A stretch of DNA of 63,388 bases, filler included, from Reticulomyxa filosa (Eukaryota > Protista > Foraminifera), in NCBI GenBank assembly GCA_000512085.1. It is 16 parts of 16 records of this genome, joined end to end, with 100 filler letters (N's around TTAATTAATTAA, not from the genome) between each part and the next. Parts side by side here need not be neighbours in the genome. Positions count along the whole stretch, not along the records: positions 38,956 to 40,273 come from ASPP01000593.1; positions 40,374 to 45,527 come from ASPP01010342.1; positions 45,628 to 46,865 come from ASPP01044303.1; positions 46,966 to 54,012 come from ASPP01010879.1; 12 more parts are not named here. The stretch is one strand, 5' to 3'. Position numbers and translations under genes: made by a program. Below the pieces are notes generated by a model. The model did no database searches. It saw only the letters and a program-made list of their open reading frames with translations, and was not told the origin of the DNA. Positions 38,956 through 50,222 of this stretch are shown here, one piece after another (position 1 is the first letter of the stretch; each line of letters opens with the position of its first letter).

Positions 38956-40250
38956 CTTCAATGATGAGAAGAATGGACAAATAGAACAAAAAGAAAATCA
39001 AGATGTTGTAAGGCAGCTAAGATGTGACATTTATGTAAGACATTCGCTGCTGAACAAAAGAGAAGCAGTGGCTAATCCTGAAGGAATAGATATGTCCTAC
39101 TTCGAGGAGTATCAACTCGCGAAAGGAATGCTATCAAGGAGACATTGGATATCAAATACAAGAAGTAAAACGATTTCATAAAATGCCAATTGTCAGGTGC
39201 TTCTATCCAATACAACGATATTCAGATTGAACCATATTGTTCGTGAATGCCCAAAGAAGCACAAAGTATGTAAGTCAAATCACGAAGCGGCAAAATGTCG
39301 ATACAAAAATGACCCAAGCAAACACAAATGTGTATTATGCCGAAAGCAGTACTCCAAGAGAAAAGCTTGGTAGAAAGAAGAATAAAAGAAAGAATAGCAA
39401 AGATCAAAGTTTGTAGAACAAGAAATCTGATACTGATGAAATTTCATTGATACGACGTGAATTAGCAGAGATTAAGTCAGCATTCCAGCAATTACAATCC
39501 TTATTTCAATCAATTAATCCGACGTTGATTGAGAATCGATCAAGAGATGAAATCAACATTCGAATATCAATATGCAAGCAGATCAATAATCAGCAGAATA
39601 ACATCAACGGATTTTTTCCAATGCCCAAACATTAAAACAAAATTTGCATTATGAATGTGTTGGGTGGAAATTACATGTCCTGATCAAAAGAAACCGTTAT
39701 TGTTCTGCAGTGTAAAACATTCAAGCATTCGAACAAGAATTACAATTTGCTATGAAAATGACTAAATACATTATCATTGGAGGAGATTGGAATGTTCATC
39801 ATCTTGCATGGTTGGATCATAACATTGATGATGTATTTTTGATTTCATTGCCATTTGACTGTACATTCATGAAAGACAATGCGACATCAAGTATGTTCAT
39901 CGTCTATTTTTCCATTAATTAGTAATTGGAGAACGGATTATGTCGAATTGGATGTGCACTCAGATCATCTCCCAATCATATTCAATATCAAAACTACGTG
40001 AATTGAGCGACAAAAGATTGAGACTTGGAATCTGAGAAGTAATAAATGGGAACATTTAGATTGAGATTGAAAAGGAATATTGAAAATTGGATGAAATCTA
40101 TTGATCCAATTGTATCGAGAGATCAATATTCTTGGACAAAGCAGTTGGAAAGGCAACAAGCCATGGTGGAGTGATAGTCTAAGTCGATCACAAAAGCGAG
40201 TTCAAAAATCAAAGAACAAATTTCGTAAACAAAGAACACCAAGGATATAA
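38956..40250 (+). mobile_element. Decayed non-LTR retrotransposon (APE endonuclease type): ORF1 remnant plus ORF2 endonuclease remnant
   Basis: IIIGGDWNVHHLAWLD (39770), SDHLPIIF (39960), TWNLRSNKW (~40023) and KPWWSDSL..QKRVQKSKNKFRK (40158) appear in the canonical order. Cys/His-rich gag-like remnant VCKSNHEAAKC..HKCVLC at ~39265-39345. Many stops and deletions. Confidence 0.8.
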
Positions 40251-40373
40251 GAGAAAAAAAAAAAAAAAAAAAANNNNNNNNNNNNNNNNNNNNNNNNNNN
40301 NNNNNNNNNNNNNNNNNTTAATTAATTAANNNNNNNNNNNNNNNNNNNNNNNNNNNNNNNNNNNNNNNNNNNN

Positions 40374-41073
40374 AAAAAAAAAGCAAAGTTAGAAATATAT
40401 TGCCACTTTGAAAGCGTTTTTTTTTTTTTTTTTTTTTAATTGTTAAATATAAATTAAAAGACAATTACTTTGCTTTGCATTGTGATCATTTGCTGACGCT
40501 TTTTTAACACTTGCGCCAATTGTGCTTCACGAATCAATTTCTCTGACTCAGCCAATTCCTCCTGTTTTTTTCGTGTTACTGCTATCGGCACTGTCACTGC
40601 TTTTTTTATAGTAATTTTTGTTAGAGCCCGCTTTCTCTTGCTCCATTGCACTGTGCTGTTTTGCGATGCATTTCCTGCTGTCATTCTTGCAGGTGATGAT
40701 GTTCTTTTTTTAGATTTCTCGGCATCTACAGCTTTCAAGTTGCTATTATGTGCTGATGCTCCTTCGTCCTCGTCATCTGATACAAATTTAAATGGGCCAT
40801 TCATATTTTCTTCATTTGCATTATCATCGTGCTCGCTGTCTTCATCATACGAACGGCGAAGTGGGGCTTTTGCTGTCGTTTTTTTCTTTAATTGAAAAAG
40901 AAACACTAGTTTATTATTATTTTTTGTTCATTTATCGTTTTTTTCTTTTTCTGCGCTGACACTACAGAAAGGTGTCTGACTTAACGTACTTTCTTTTCTC
41001 TTTTTGTGGTGTACTCTTTTGTACAAGAAATTTCCTTATTATTAAGAAAATGGCCTTTTTTTCCTCTTGGCAT
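40374..41073 (-). CDS. Hypothetical charged/coiled-coil protein, 5' part
   Basis: Acidic/basic exon 40475-40890 (RRSYDEDSEHDD...KKQEELAESEKLIREAQLAQVLKKRQQ); putative start MPRGKK at 41073. Confidence 0.5.
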
Positions 41074-42660
41074 TATCAATCTCGTTGCTCTTCACGTCAA
41101 CAGTTGAAAAAAAACTGCTGAAATTTCAGTGAACGCGGAAACGGAAACAGACAGTGTTCCGTTTTGTTACCATTGTTTTTGGAAATTTGCTCACAATTTG
41201 TATGTATATTTTTTGGAACAAAACATGTTGATACTTTTGTATGCGTCAACAAAGGGTATCAATATGATGAGAAGCGCTAGCAAGAAACAAAAAAAAGATT
41301 TTGCATCAAAGTATAAAGGCATTTTTGAAACAAAATGTAATCTCATGTTTGTCAAGTTACATTTTAAACTAAATATAAGCAATTTACCATTACACTAAAA
41401 ATAGAAAAAAAAGAATTTTTTCGGTGTTAGCTGTCGTATACAGGTGAAACGTTTTGGGAATGGCTCTTATCTGTTAGAACAAATATTTCAGTTGCGTGCA
41501 TCTTGTAAAAAACATTCATTTGCTATTATTGTTTTTTTATGTTTGGACAACATCATTAAAGCCACTTATTGACAAGATGTCAGCGATGATATGTCATTAC
41601 ACAAATATTTACGATTTGAAATAATATAATCGAATTATTTTGTTATTTTTGATGTTTTTTCCAGATATATACGCGATTGTATAAAAAGACATTAAGTAAA
41701 AAATGACTTACGATTAGAAGGCAAAAAATTACACCATAATTGATCTTGTTCCATGCAGAAAACATTTCTTGGTGATAACTTGCTGCATATGCTTTGAAAA
41801 GTTGCTTTTAAGCATTGATTACAAAAACGCGAATAAAAAATTTGTGACAGCCCCTTTGTCACTGTCACTTATAAATCGATTAATAATCGCTGTCTCTTAA
41901 CTCATTTAGAACAGATAATTCAATTATTTTCAGGAAAAAGTCCAATTACGAAAACAAATTATAAAGCGTTCACAAACATTGCGAAAAGGGGGTTAAACAC
42001 ATTTTTTTTCCTGCCTCTTTTTGGAATCATGTACAAAAACCGACTTTCCAAAACCAGTTGGAACATATTGCTGTCAAATGAAGACTTTTTGTAAGGTTAT
42101 TTGTAATGGGAAAGAGGAAATTTTATTGTTTGTTGTATTATTTATACGACAAAAGTTTTTTTTGCTTAATAGATGACATTATCTTTCTGTCAATAAAATA
42201 GCTTTAAGGACGATCAATGATATCTACGGAATTTTTTTACTGCTAATGTCAGATTGCTCTTTAGTTACTTCAACCAAATTGGATGTTGTTTTTTTCACAA
42301 AAATGTTACTGATGACTGGAAAACTTATTGTGATGATGTTAAAATTGCGTTTTTCATTGATATCTAGCCAAAGTGCAAAATATTGTGTTAATGAAAAAAG
42401 TCAGTGAAGGAACTACTTAAACAACGGTTCATCGCTGAAGATATGACACGTCAAAAACTTACAATTTTTAAAAAAGGTTAAGTTGATGCTTTGCCATGAT
42501 TTTCTTAGCATATTCACTGTAGCATTTTTCACTGAAACTATGCAAAAAAAAAACGCACAACACAAACTACAAGTGAGATCGCAGAAAAGCCTCAAATGCA
42601 ATTGTGATTGTTGGCCGCTATGAGCAAAAAGGACAAGTATTGTTCAGAAAGGGCTTCTGG

Positions 42661-45470
42661 CTAGCCACTGCTTGCTCCAACAACAACATTACTAGAGTTG
42701 TTACTACTTCGTTCACTCGGATTGGAAGAGGAGCCCTCGTCATTGTTTTTTTCCACATCTTTGTGATGTGATTCTGTGTTATCTTTGTCATTGCTTATGT
42801 CGGTAGTAGACCTTTCGCTGATATCTTGTTTATCGACGCGACAGTAAAACAACATATAAGGAACGTCTGTCTTCCACAAATTACCTAAGGAGCATAAATT
42901 GCGATAACTGGATTTGCTAACAATGCTATTATACAAGTCCACATTAACGCGATATCATAAGGATCCATTCTTTCAAAAAAAAAAAAAAAAAAAAACAAAT
43001 AAGCAAACAAACCAACCTATCATTAAACATGAACCAATCTCCAGCTTCTGGGGTTTGCTTCAAGTACATATCAATGGCACACGAGCTGTGTCTGGCAATG
43101 GTATAGTAATGTCCAAACTCTGCAGATTGTCCAGAATGAACAACCGCAGCATACAGTACGTATTTGTGTTCCACTATGTCATTTGAGTGTTCTTTTTCGG
43201 TGGAATCTTTTTGAACAGACAAAGAAGAGAAAGAGGGAGAGAGAGATTGCGAAGTGGTGAAAATACTCAATGTCGGGGGACAAGACACCGGGTCCAGAAT
43301 TTTCCCTCGCTTTCCCAGTTTAATGTCCCACGTAAATCGTTTCAAACAAACCACCAAAAACTTTGGCGAATGAATCATCGACATAAAACGATTGGCTTTC
43401 ACCTTCGTCCCACATCTCTCGCAAGAATAGGCGTTAGCACCCTCCAACATTTCCGACTCGAAATGGAAATCGATCATTTGTGCAGGGGTGTATTGACTGG
43501 TCGATTTGTTTGGGGGAAAAGCAAGCTTTTTGTCATTTGCATTATAATTTTTTTTTTTTTTTTTTTGCAATGAGTTTTTTCTTATTTATCTATTTTATTC
43601 AAAAAAAAATAAAAAAAATAAAAAAACGAAACAGCCAAGTCATGAAAAGCTTCGTATTTGGAAGACACATTATTACACTCCAAGCACTGAATGGAGTTTC
43701 GCATCAATCCACCAAAGTAGATATCAACGCGATGTTCAATCAGCAACTTCGAGATATGGTCGTCCGACGCACTCCAGTGCTTCACAAGTTCCTCGCGTCC
43801 ATATTCGGTATGCGACACTACTTCCCACATTTCGTCCAGCAAATACTTTGCAAACTCGCTCGCGTCTTGCTGTGTCCACGGCATATTTTAAAGAAATGTT
43901 TGCACATGTAAGATTTAAACCTCGAATGGAGAAAGAAGAAAGGAAGTGACTGTACATTACATTTAAACAAATAAATAAATGTATATACACACATGTATGT
44001 ATATGTACATACATACGTATACATATATATACATATATATATGTATACATATACATACACATATATAAATATATAAATACATAACTTGTCGTCCAGGTCG
44101 CCATTGACTAGCCAAAGCAGCGGTTAAAGATTTAGTAGGAGCAGCTTTTTTATCGGTGGAATCCAAGTTTTGGAAGATGCTTTGCATTTCATCAACAATT
44201 TTTTTTTTGACTTGCCACTGACTTTCTTGGAGCCACAGTGTCCCATTGGACGACTTCTCTTCCAACACCTCGCGGCTGAAAATCATGGAGCAATCGACAA
44301 TTTGAGTGCGAAAACCGTCGGTCACATACAGCGCCTGCAAGACGCTATTCATATAGCAGGTGCTTCCCAAGTTTGTCAATCCGGCCTTGTTCGTTAGCTT
44401 GTCTCGCGAGCCGGTCACCTCGCTTTGGAAATACGGCACCCAATCTCCACCACTGTCTCTGCCACTTCCACTGCGGCGAATGCCGTCCGTGTCACTGCGA
44501 TACGACCAATTTTCGTTGCCTGTTTGTTGCATGCATAACAAAAGTCATTCTTGTCTCCCAAACTAATCATATACATATACATATATATGTATATACATGT
44601 ATATATATATATATATACGTTACCAAAATTGGAACGAGAATAACCAAAACCATACAAGGCCACATCCGACGCATCCACTCCAAAGTCTTTGTTGGTGGTG
44701 TCGGTACGTATTTGGTCCGCCTGCCATCGGTGCTGCTTAAGCAAGGTACGCAATCGATTTTCGTCCGGATACCGATTGCACTTCAGGTCGTTCATGGTCA
44801 TCAATAAGTCGGTGTACAATTCGGGATACCCGGTAAACAAGAACATGCACACGTGTATCGTCTCCACCATCTCCCACTTCAACATGCTGTAATAGTCGTT
44901 CGACGGGTCGCTTAGCATTACCAAGCTCTCTCGCAAGTAGTTCAGCACGCTGTGAAATGCCTGAGGCGATTGTCGATATCCCAACAGGATCCATTTCAGC
45001 ACACTAATGTGTGATTCACAAAAACAATAAAACAGAGGGGACTCTATTCACTTCGCTTGACGTCTTCAACAAAAAATAGAATAACATTACAAATGAATAA
45101 ATAACTATACATATATGTATATGTATGCATGTATATGTGTATATGTATATATATATAGCAAAATAGACAAATTAACGAAAAAGCAGATGCGACGAGTGTC
45201 ACGTCGAGTAATTGCTTCGCGACGTCAACGCAGCAACAGCAAGCGACATGAAACAAAACATCAAAGCGCGCGGAGCGCATCAGCGCTTCGAGCACCTTAA
45301 GAACCCAAGGCGTGACGTAATCGACCATTGGCCACAGCAACATATTGGAGATAATATTTTTCAATTGGTCGCTGGACATTTTCGAGCAAACCTCTTTCAG
45401 CTCGTCACCGACGTTGATTACCACTGTGAGCGGCATGCGATTTAGCACTCGACTCAGCCACAAACTTGGA
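42661..45470 (-). CDS. Ubiquitin-specific protease, USP35/USP38-like, 5'-truncated, multi-exon
   Basis: Cys box GLTNLGSTCYMNSVLQALY, QQDASEF, CLEC/CERC zinc pair, LKRF, His box YVLYAAVVHSGQSAEFGHYY, WFMFND, VPYMLFY. N-terminal LLWP..TPWV and HVCMFLFTGYPELY are typical of USP35/38. Confidence 0.92.
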
Positions 45471-46965
45471 GGTTGTGTAGTTCGATCTTTTTTTTTTTAA
45501 AAAAAAAAGGGGGGGGGGGGGGGGGGGNNNNNNNNNNNNNNNNNNNNNNNNNNNNNNNNNNNNNNNNNNNNTTAATTAATTAANNNNNNNNNNNNNNNNN
45601 NNNNNNNNNNNNNNNNNNNNNNNNNNNTCGATTTTCCCTTTTTCGTTTTTTTTTTATATTATGTTTTTTTTTAATTGAATAGATACTATTGCATGTATCT
45701 TTTTTGACATCGTTATCTTTTTTTTATTTACATTTGATAACATTTACATCTTTTGGATAGACACAGTAAAGTGTAATATAACGGGATAAGACTTACTTTG
45801 TCGTACGTTATTTTTTTTTTTTTTGTATACTTGATGTTTCGTTTTATTGTTTTTTATTCAAATGCTATGTAACGTTCGGTTGTTTTGTCATATTTATTTT
45901 TTTACTATTTATCCTAAATAATTAATAAATCAGTAATAAAAGGATTCTTTGACCGAAAGTATCAAATAAAGTATTGTGGAGTGAGTTATTGCATTTTCTT
46001 CAAAGATTTAATTTGAATATGTTTTATTCGCATTGTTTAATGTTAAGTACAAATAAAAAACGATAGTGGGGGTCAGCTGTATTTCAAACAAATAGCAAGC
46101 GGTGCATTATTTAAATACAAAAATATCTTTTCTTTGTCAGCGATCTTTTAAAAAAACAAAATTATGCAAACGTACAAATATGTGAACCAAAGTTTATCTT
46201 TTTGTGAAGTGATTTTGAAAAAAATATTTTTTCATGCACGAGAAAACAAAATAACATTTCAAAAAGTGATCAATCTTCACGATATTATTCCAAATTATAA
46301 TTACTCTTTCCATTAAGGAATTTCTTTGAAAAAACAAAAGTTAGTTTTTCTTTGAATTTTGAAACGTTGTAATTTTAAGGAGCTGGAATTATTACTTCAA
46401 AAGTTTATTGCTTGCGTGATCACAACTTTTGCTATTGTATGTTTGTAGAAAAACGCTTGTTAGTATCACAACGCACTAACACTGTTGGCGAGCGTACGTT
46501 GCGGAAAGTCTTTACAACAAAAAAATGTCGTATGCTTTCTGAAATTTTCTAAATTCAAGGTAGATGGAAAGAGGCATACAAATATTGTGCAAAAAATATC
46601 AACAAACATTACCAAATACAAAGAGTAATGTACTTATTTGTGGATATAACATAGTTTTAATAAGCAGAAATTTACAAATTACATTTGCTGCTTGGGCATG
46701 CTGTATGCTCTTAAAATCACATATTCATCTTGTTCAGCTAGCATTATGACAGTAATGAAATTATGCAATATGTCAACTAAATACAATGCATTCTATCAAT
46801 TTCAATCAAACAATATTTGCATCTCAATCTGACATTATCCAATTTGACAACTAAACAATTTCAAANNNNNNNNNNNNNNNNNNNNNNNNNNNNNNNNNNN
46901 NNNNNNNNNTTAATTAATTAANNNNNNNNNNNNNNNNNNNNNNNNNNNNNNNNNNNNNNNNNNNN

Positions 46966-47670
46966 ACTGTGACAAGTAGTGGAGTGGGGTATGCGAGCAA
47001 TTATGTAACCAGAACGGATAGAAATGGATATTTTCAAATTCCAAGTTATGGAGGAAAAGATGTTCAGTTAGACATTTCGCTGGGTTATGACAAACTTTCA
47101 GATTCACTCCAAATTAATCCTTTGAAAAATGAATCCATTTCGTTGAATATCACTATTGCTTCTGGCCAATCTCAAACGAATGATAATATTGCTAAGGCTA
47201 CAATTAAACTAGTGCCATTGGCACCTGGACCTCAGCAACGTGATGCCATTGTCATTACTACGAGATCTTTACAAAAGTATGTCGATTTTGCACAACGTAT
47301 ACTTCGCTCCTATGGAAAATTGACTATCATTGGGCAAGACAAGTGTAAGTATACGTATACATATATATATTTTTTTTTTAACCAAAAAAAAAAAAAAAAA
47401 AGAGTTGCTCTCAATAAAAAAAAAAACAAACAAACAAACTTTTTTTTTTCAACATAAAAGATATGGAGAAAACACGTGCATTGGTTGAACGATTACGTAA
47501 TCAAGGCGTCAAAGTAGTTGCAAACGAAGAAATAAAAAACAGAACGGTGCCATACGGTTTTTACAATCGTCGTGATGAATGCAGATGGGTACAACCCAGA
47601 CCAACAATTGTATTTCACTTCGAGCAAGGAAAGTAAATTTTGTTTGCCATTTTGTGAAGTTGATAAGTAG
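46966..47670 (+). CDS. Hypothetical protein C-terminus: beta-sandwich segment followed by Alba-like domain; exons to 47344 and 47461-47670
   Basis: VTRTDRNGYFQIP..DVQLDISLG..SISLNITI resembles a carboxypeptidase-regulatory-like sandwich. The spliced DAIVITTRSLQKYVDFAQRILRSYGKLTIIGQDK-YMEKTRALVERLR resembles Alba. Confidence 0.55.
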
Positions 47671-48724
47671 TAAAAAAAAAATCCATTTTCTCAATAAAAA
47701 AAAGTCTGTGTATTAAATAACGATTTTCGTTATTTTGAGTATTTTTTCATCAATACAATAAACTTGAAAATAACTCTTTTTTCATTAAAAAAAGTTTTTC
47801 TAAACTTGGGGACAAGCAGACGAGCCCTTTTTCACCAAAATATTCATTCTTTGTAAAAATATAAAAGATATCTGAAAAGGATTTCTTCAGGGCAATTGTT
47901 TATTTTTTTTAACAAAAATTGACAATACTGTTAAACTTTTCTTTCGCTAACCTTATCACATTTCCTTTGTTGCTTGTCGAATGTCTTTTCAGCATTTCTC
48001 TTACTTTTTGAAAATACTTAAAGATATCATTGGGAAAAAAAACTAATTCATATTACACTTAATGCAACTTCTTAATATTTTTTTTAAATGATGAAAATGA
48101 AAAAAATAAATGAAATGAAAAAAAAAGATATCGACAGTGATTGAATCCTGAAGCGAAGTGATCTATGTAGGCTATCTTATGCCCCATAAGAGCGAAGACA
48201 TGTGCTTTATAGAACTGGTCACCAACTTATGGATAGCAGCATACAGAGCACATGCAAATATGTGACTTGTGATGGCAGTTTACAATTGGGCACAATCTGG
48301 ACCATATCAAAACCTTTGTCTAAGCACTACAAAGGTTTTCAACTACTCACATACAGCACTAGAGCAATGCGATCTTTAAACTGTTGTTCCATCACATTAT
48401 CTCTTTCGATATATTATTTATATATATTTTCGTTTTTTATTATATATTCTATTTTTTTTAGCATAATAATGATTTTGTTAATTTACATAATTTACACATA
48501 TATTTTTCATTTTTTACAATAGATTTGCTATTCAATTTTTCAGAAAAGTAATTGTGAAGTAACTCGATCGAAAAAAGGGAACGAACACTGTGTCGAAAGT
48601 CGTGTGGAATGTTGAAGATTGTTAAAATTTGTAAGTTTTTTTTGCCAAGAACTTTGGTTTTTTATGAATGAATTATCTTTTTTTACATTTTTTTCTAGGG
48701 TTTAACGAATGAAAGTAAAAGAAA

Positions 48725-49230
48725 AATTACATCATAAAATGGTGGAAATGAAGCAATCATTTCACAGATTAAAATTCCAAAAATCCACAAGTCTATATCA
48801 TGATCAAGGCCTTTCTCAGATATCAATTCAGGTGCTAAGTAGTCAGGAGTTTTACACAAAGTATATGTCATGTATATACAATTTGATTAAAAATCATTAA
48901 CAGTTTTAATTGGAGGATTTTGTCATAAAGACATTGTTAAAAAAAGTTAAATAAGGCATTGCTCCCTTTCTTCTGAACTGATCGTAAACACATTTTGCAA
49001 ATCACAAATCAGCAATATTCAACTGTCCTTTTTGATCTATTAGCAGATTTTCTGGTTTTAAATCTCTGTATACGACGCTTTTACTGTGCATATGTCCAAA
49101 CGCTTCAACTATTTACATACATTTTTTAAATTATTTTTTCAAAGACAACTCAAACAAAACAATGATTGAGCGTTGAGGACTACTAACATGCTCTGTAAAA
49201 GAATGAATGCTATAACTTCCATAAACACAT
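48725..49230 (-). pseudogene. AGC-family (PKA/PKG-like) protein kinase pseudogene fragment
   Basis: [38 protein letters not shown] (DFG became DL-stop) and [45 protein letters not shown]. Confidence 0.85.
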
Positions 49231-49254
49231 CTTCGAAACAGAATAACACATGTA

Positions 49255-49655
49255 ACGTTTACTGGAGATGAATTGATGATTTCGACAAAATCATTGCAAA
49301 ATATGTCAGATGATACATTACTTATTTGCTTATCTTTTGCAAGATAAAAAAAACCTAAAACAGGTCAAATACTTTACATTCGCAAATTTTCGAAGAGCAT
49401 TCAGATTACAATAAATAATGTAAAATCTTTACCAGATGGTACCAACATGTTTTTTCTGATGATGAAGCTATACAAATAACATAGTTAAAATATTAAGAGA
49501 AAAAGTAACTACTGTAGATATTGCTCAATTTGATTGTAGACGCAAAATCAGAGAAGAAATTCAATTATTAGGAGGCATTCAGAAATTGATATCGCATCAA
49601 ATGGTAATATGATTGTGTCATGATCTAATGATAAGATCATTCGGTTATGGGGATA
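49255..49655 (+). pseudogene. WD40-family pseudogene remnant
   Basis: IDDFDKIIAKY (same family motif as 53405-53442) and SNGNMIVS*SNDKIIRLWG with stops and frameshifts. Confidence 0.6.
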
Positions 49656-50222
49656 ATGTAAACTATAATGATAGCAAATAAAAAAATATTGTTTATCTGC
49701 TATTCTTTAAAAAAATTGTTGAAATTTTGATCATGCCAAAAGAATTACAATGTTTGTGTCTTCAATTAATTATTTGACCATGTGGAACTGCAACAATTAT
49801 TTTATTGTTTATAAAATATCAAACCTCAAACCGTTGTTCTTTTTGAAGTTCAGCTCCTCAATGTAAAAATTCAAATTCACTAACCATTATTGAAGTGTAA
49901 ATAATATTCATTTAAATACGTACAAGTGTTGCTAAAAGCACAAAAATCTACTGATATGGACAATGCAAGTCTTTTTCAAACTGTAGCTTCTTTGTCAGTC
50001 CCTCTTCGAGACGCACAACGTGTTGTTTACAAACCCGGAATTTTCATTTAAGTAATACATAGTTGATTGTTTGAAAATTAAATTTGTACAAAAATTTGAA
50101 TATACTATTTTCTATATGAGTTATTTCGATAAGTTTCAAAAGTCACATTTTTTTGGAAAAAAAAAGGAATAAAGAATTAAAACTTTTTATATGAATCGAT
50201 AATCCTAAACAAACAGTAAGTA

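Noticed and set aside
44345-44385. USP Cys box with Ser (NLGSTC rather than NLGNTC) as a sign of an inactive enzyme
   Set aside because: The catalytic Cys, the preceding oxyanion Asn and the His/Asn-Asp box are intact, and this position varies among active USPs.
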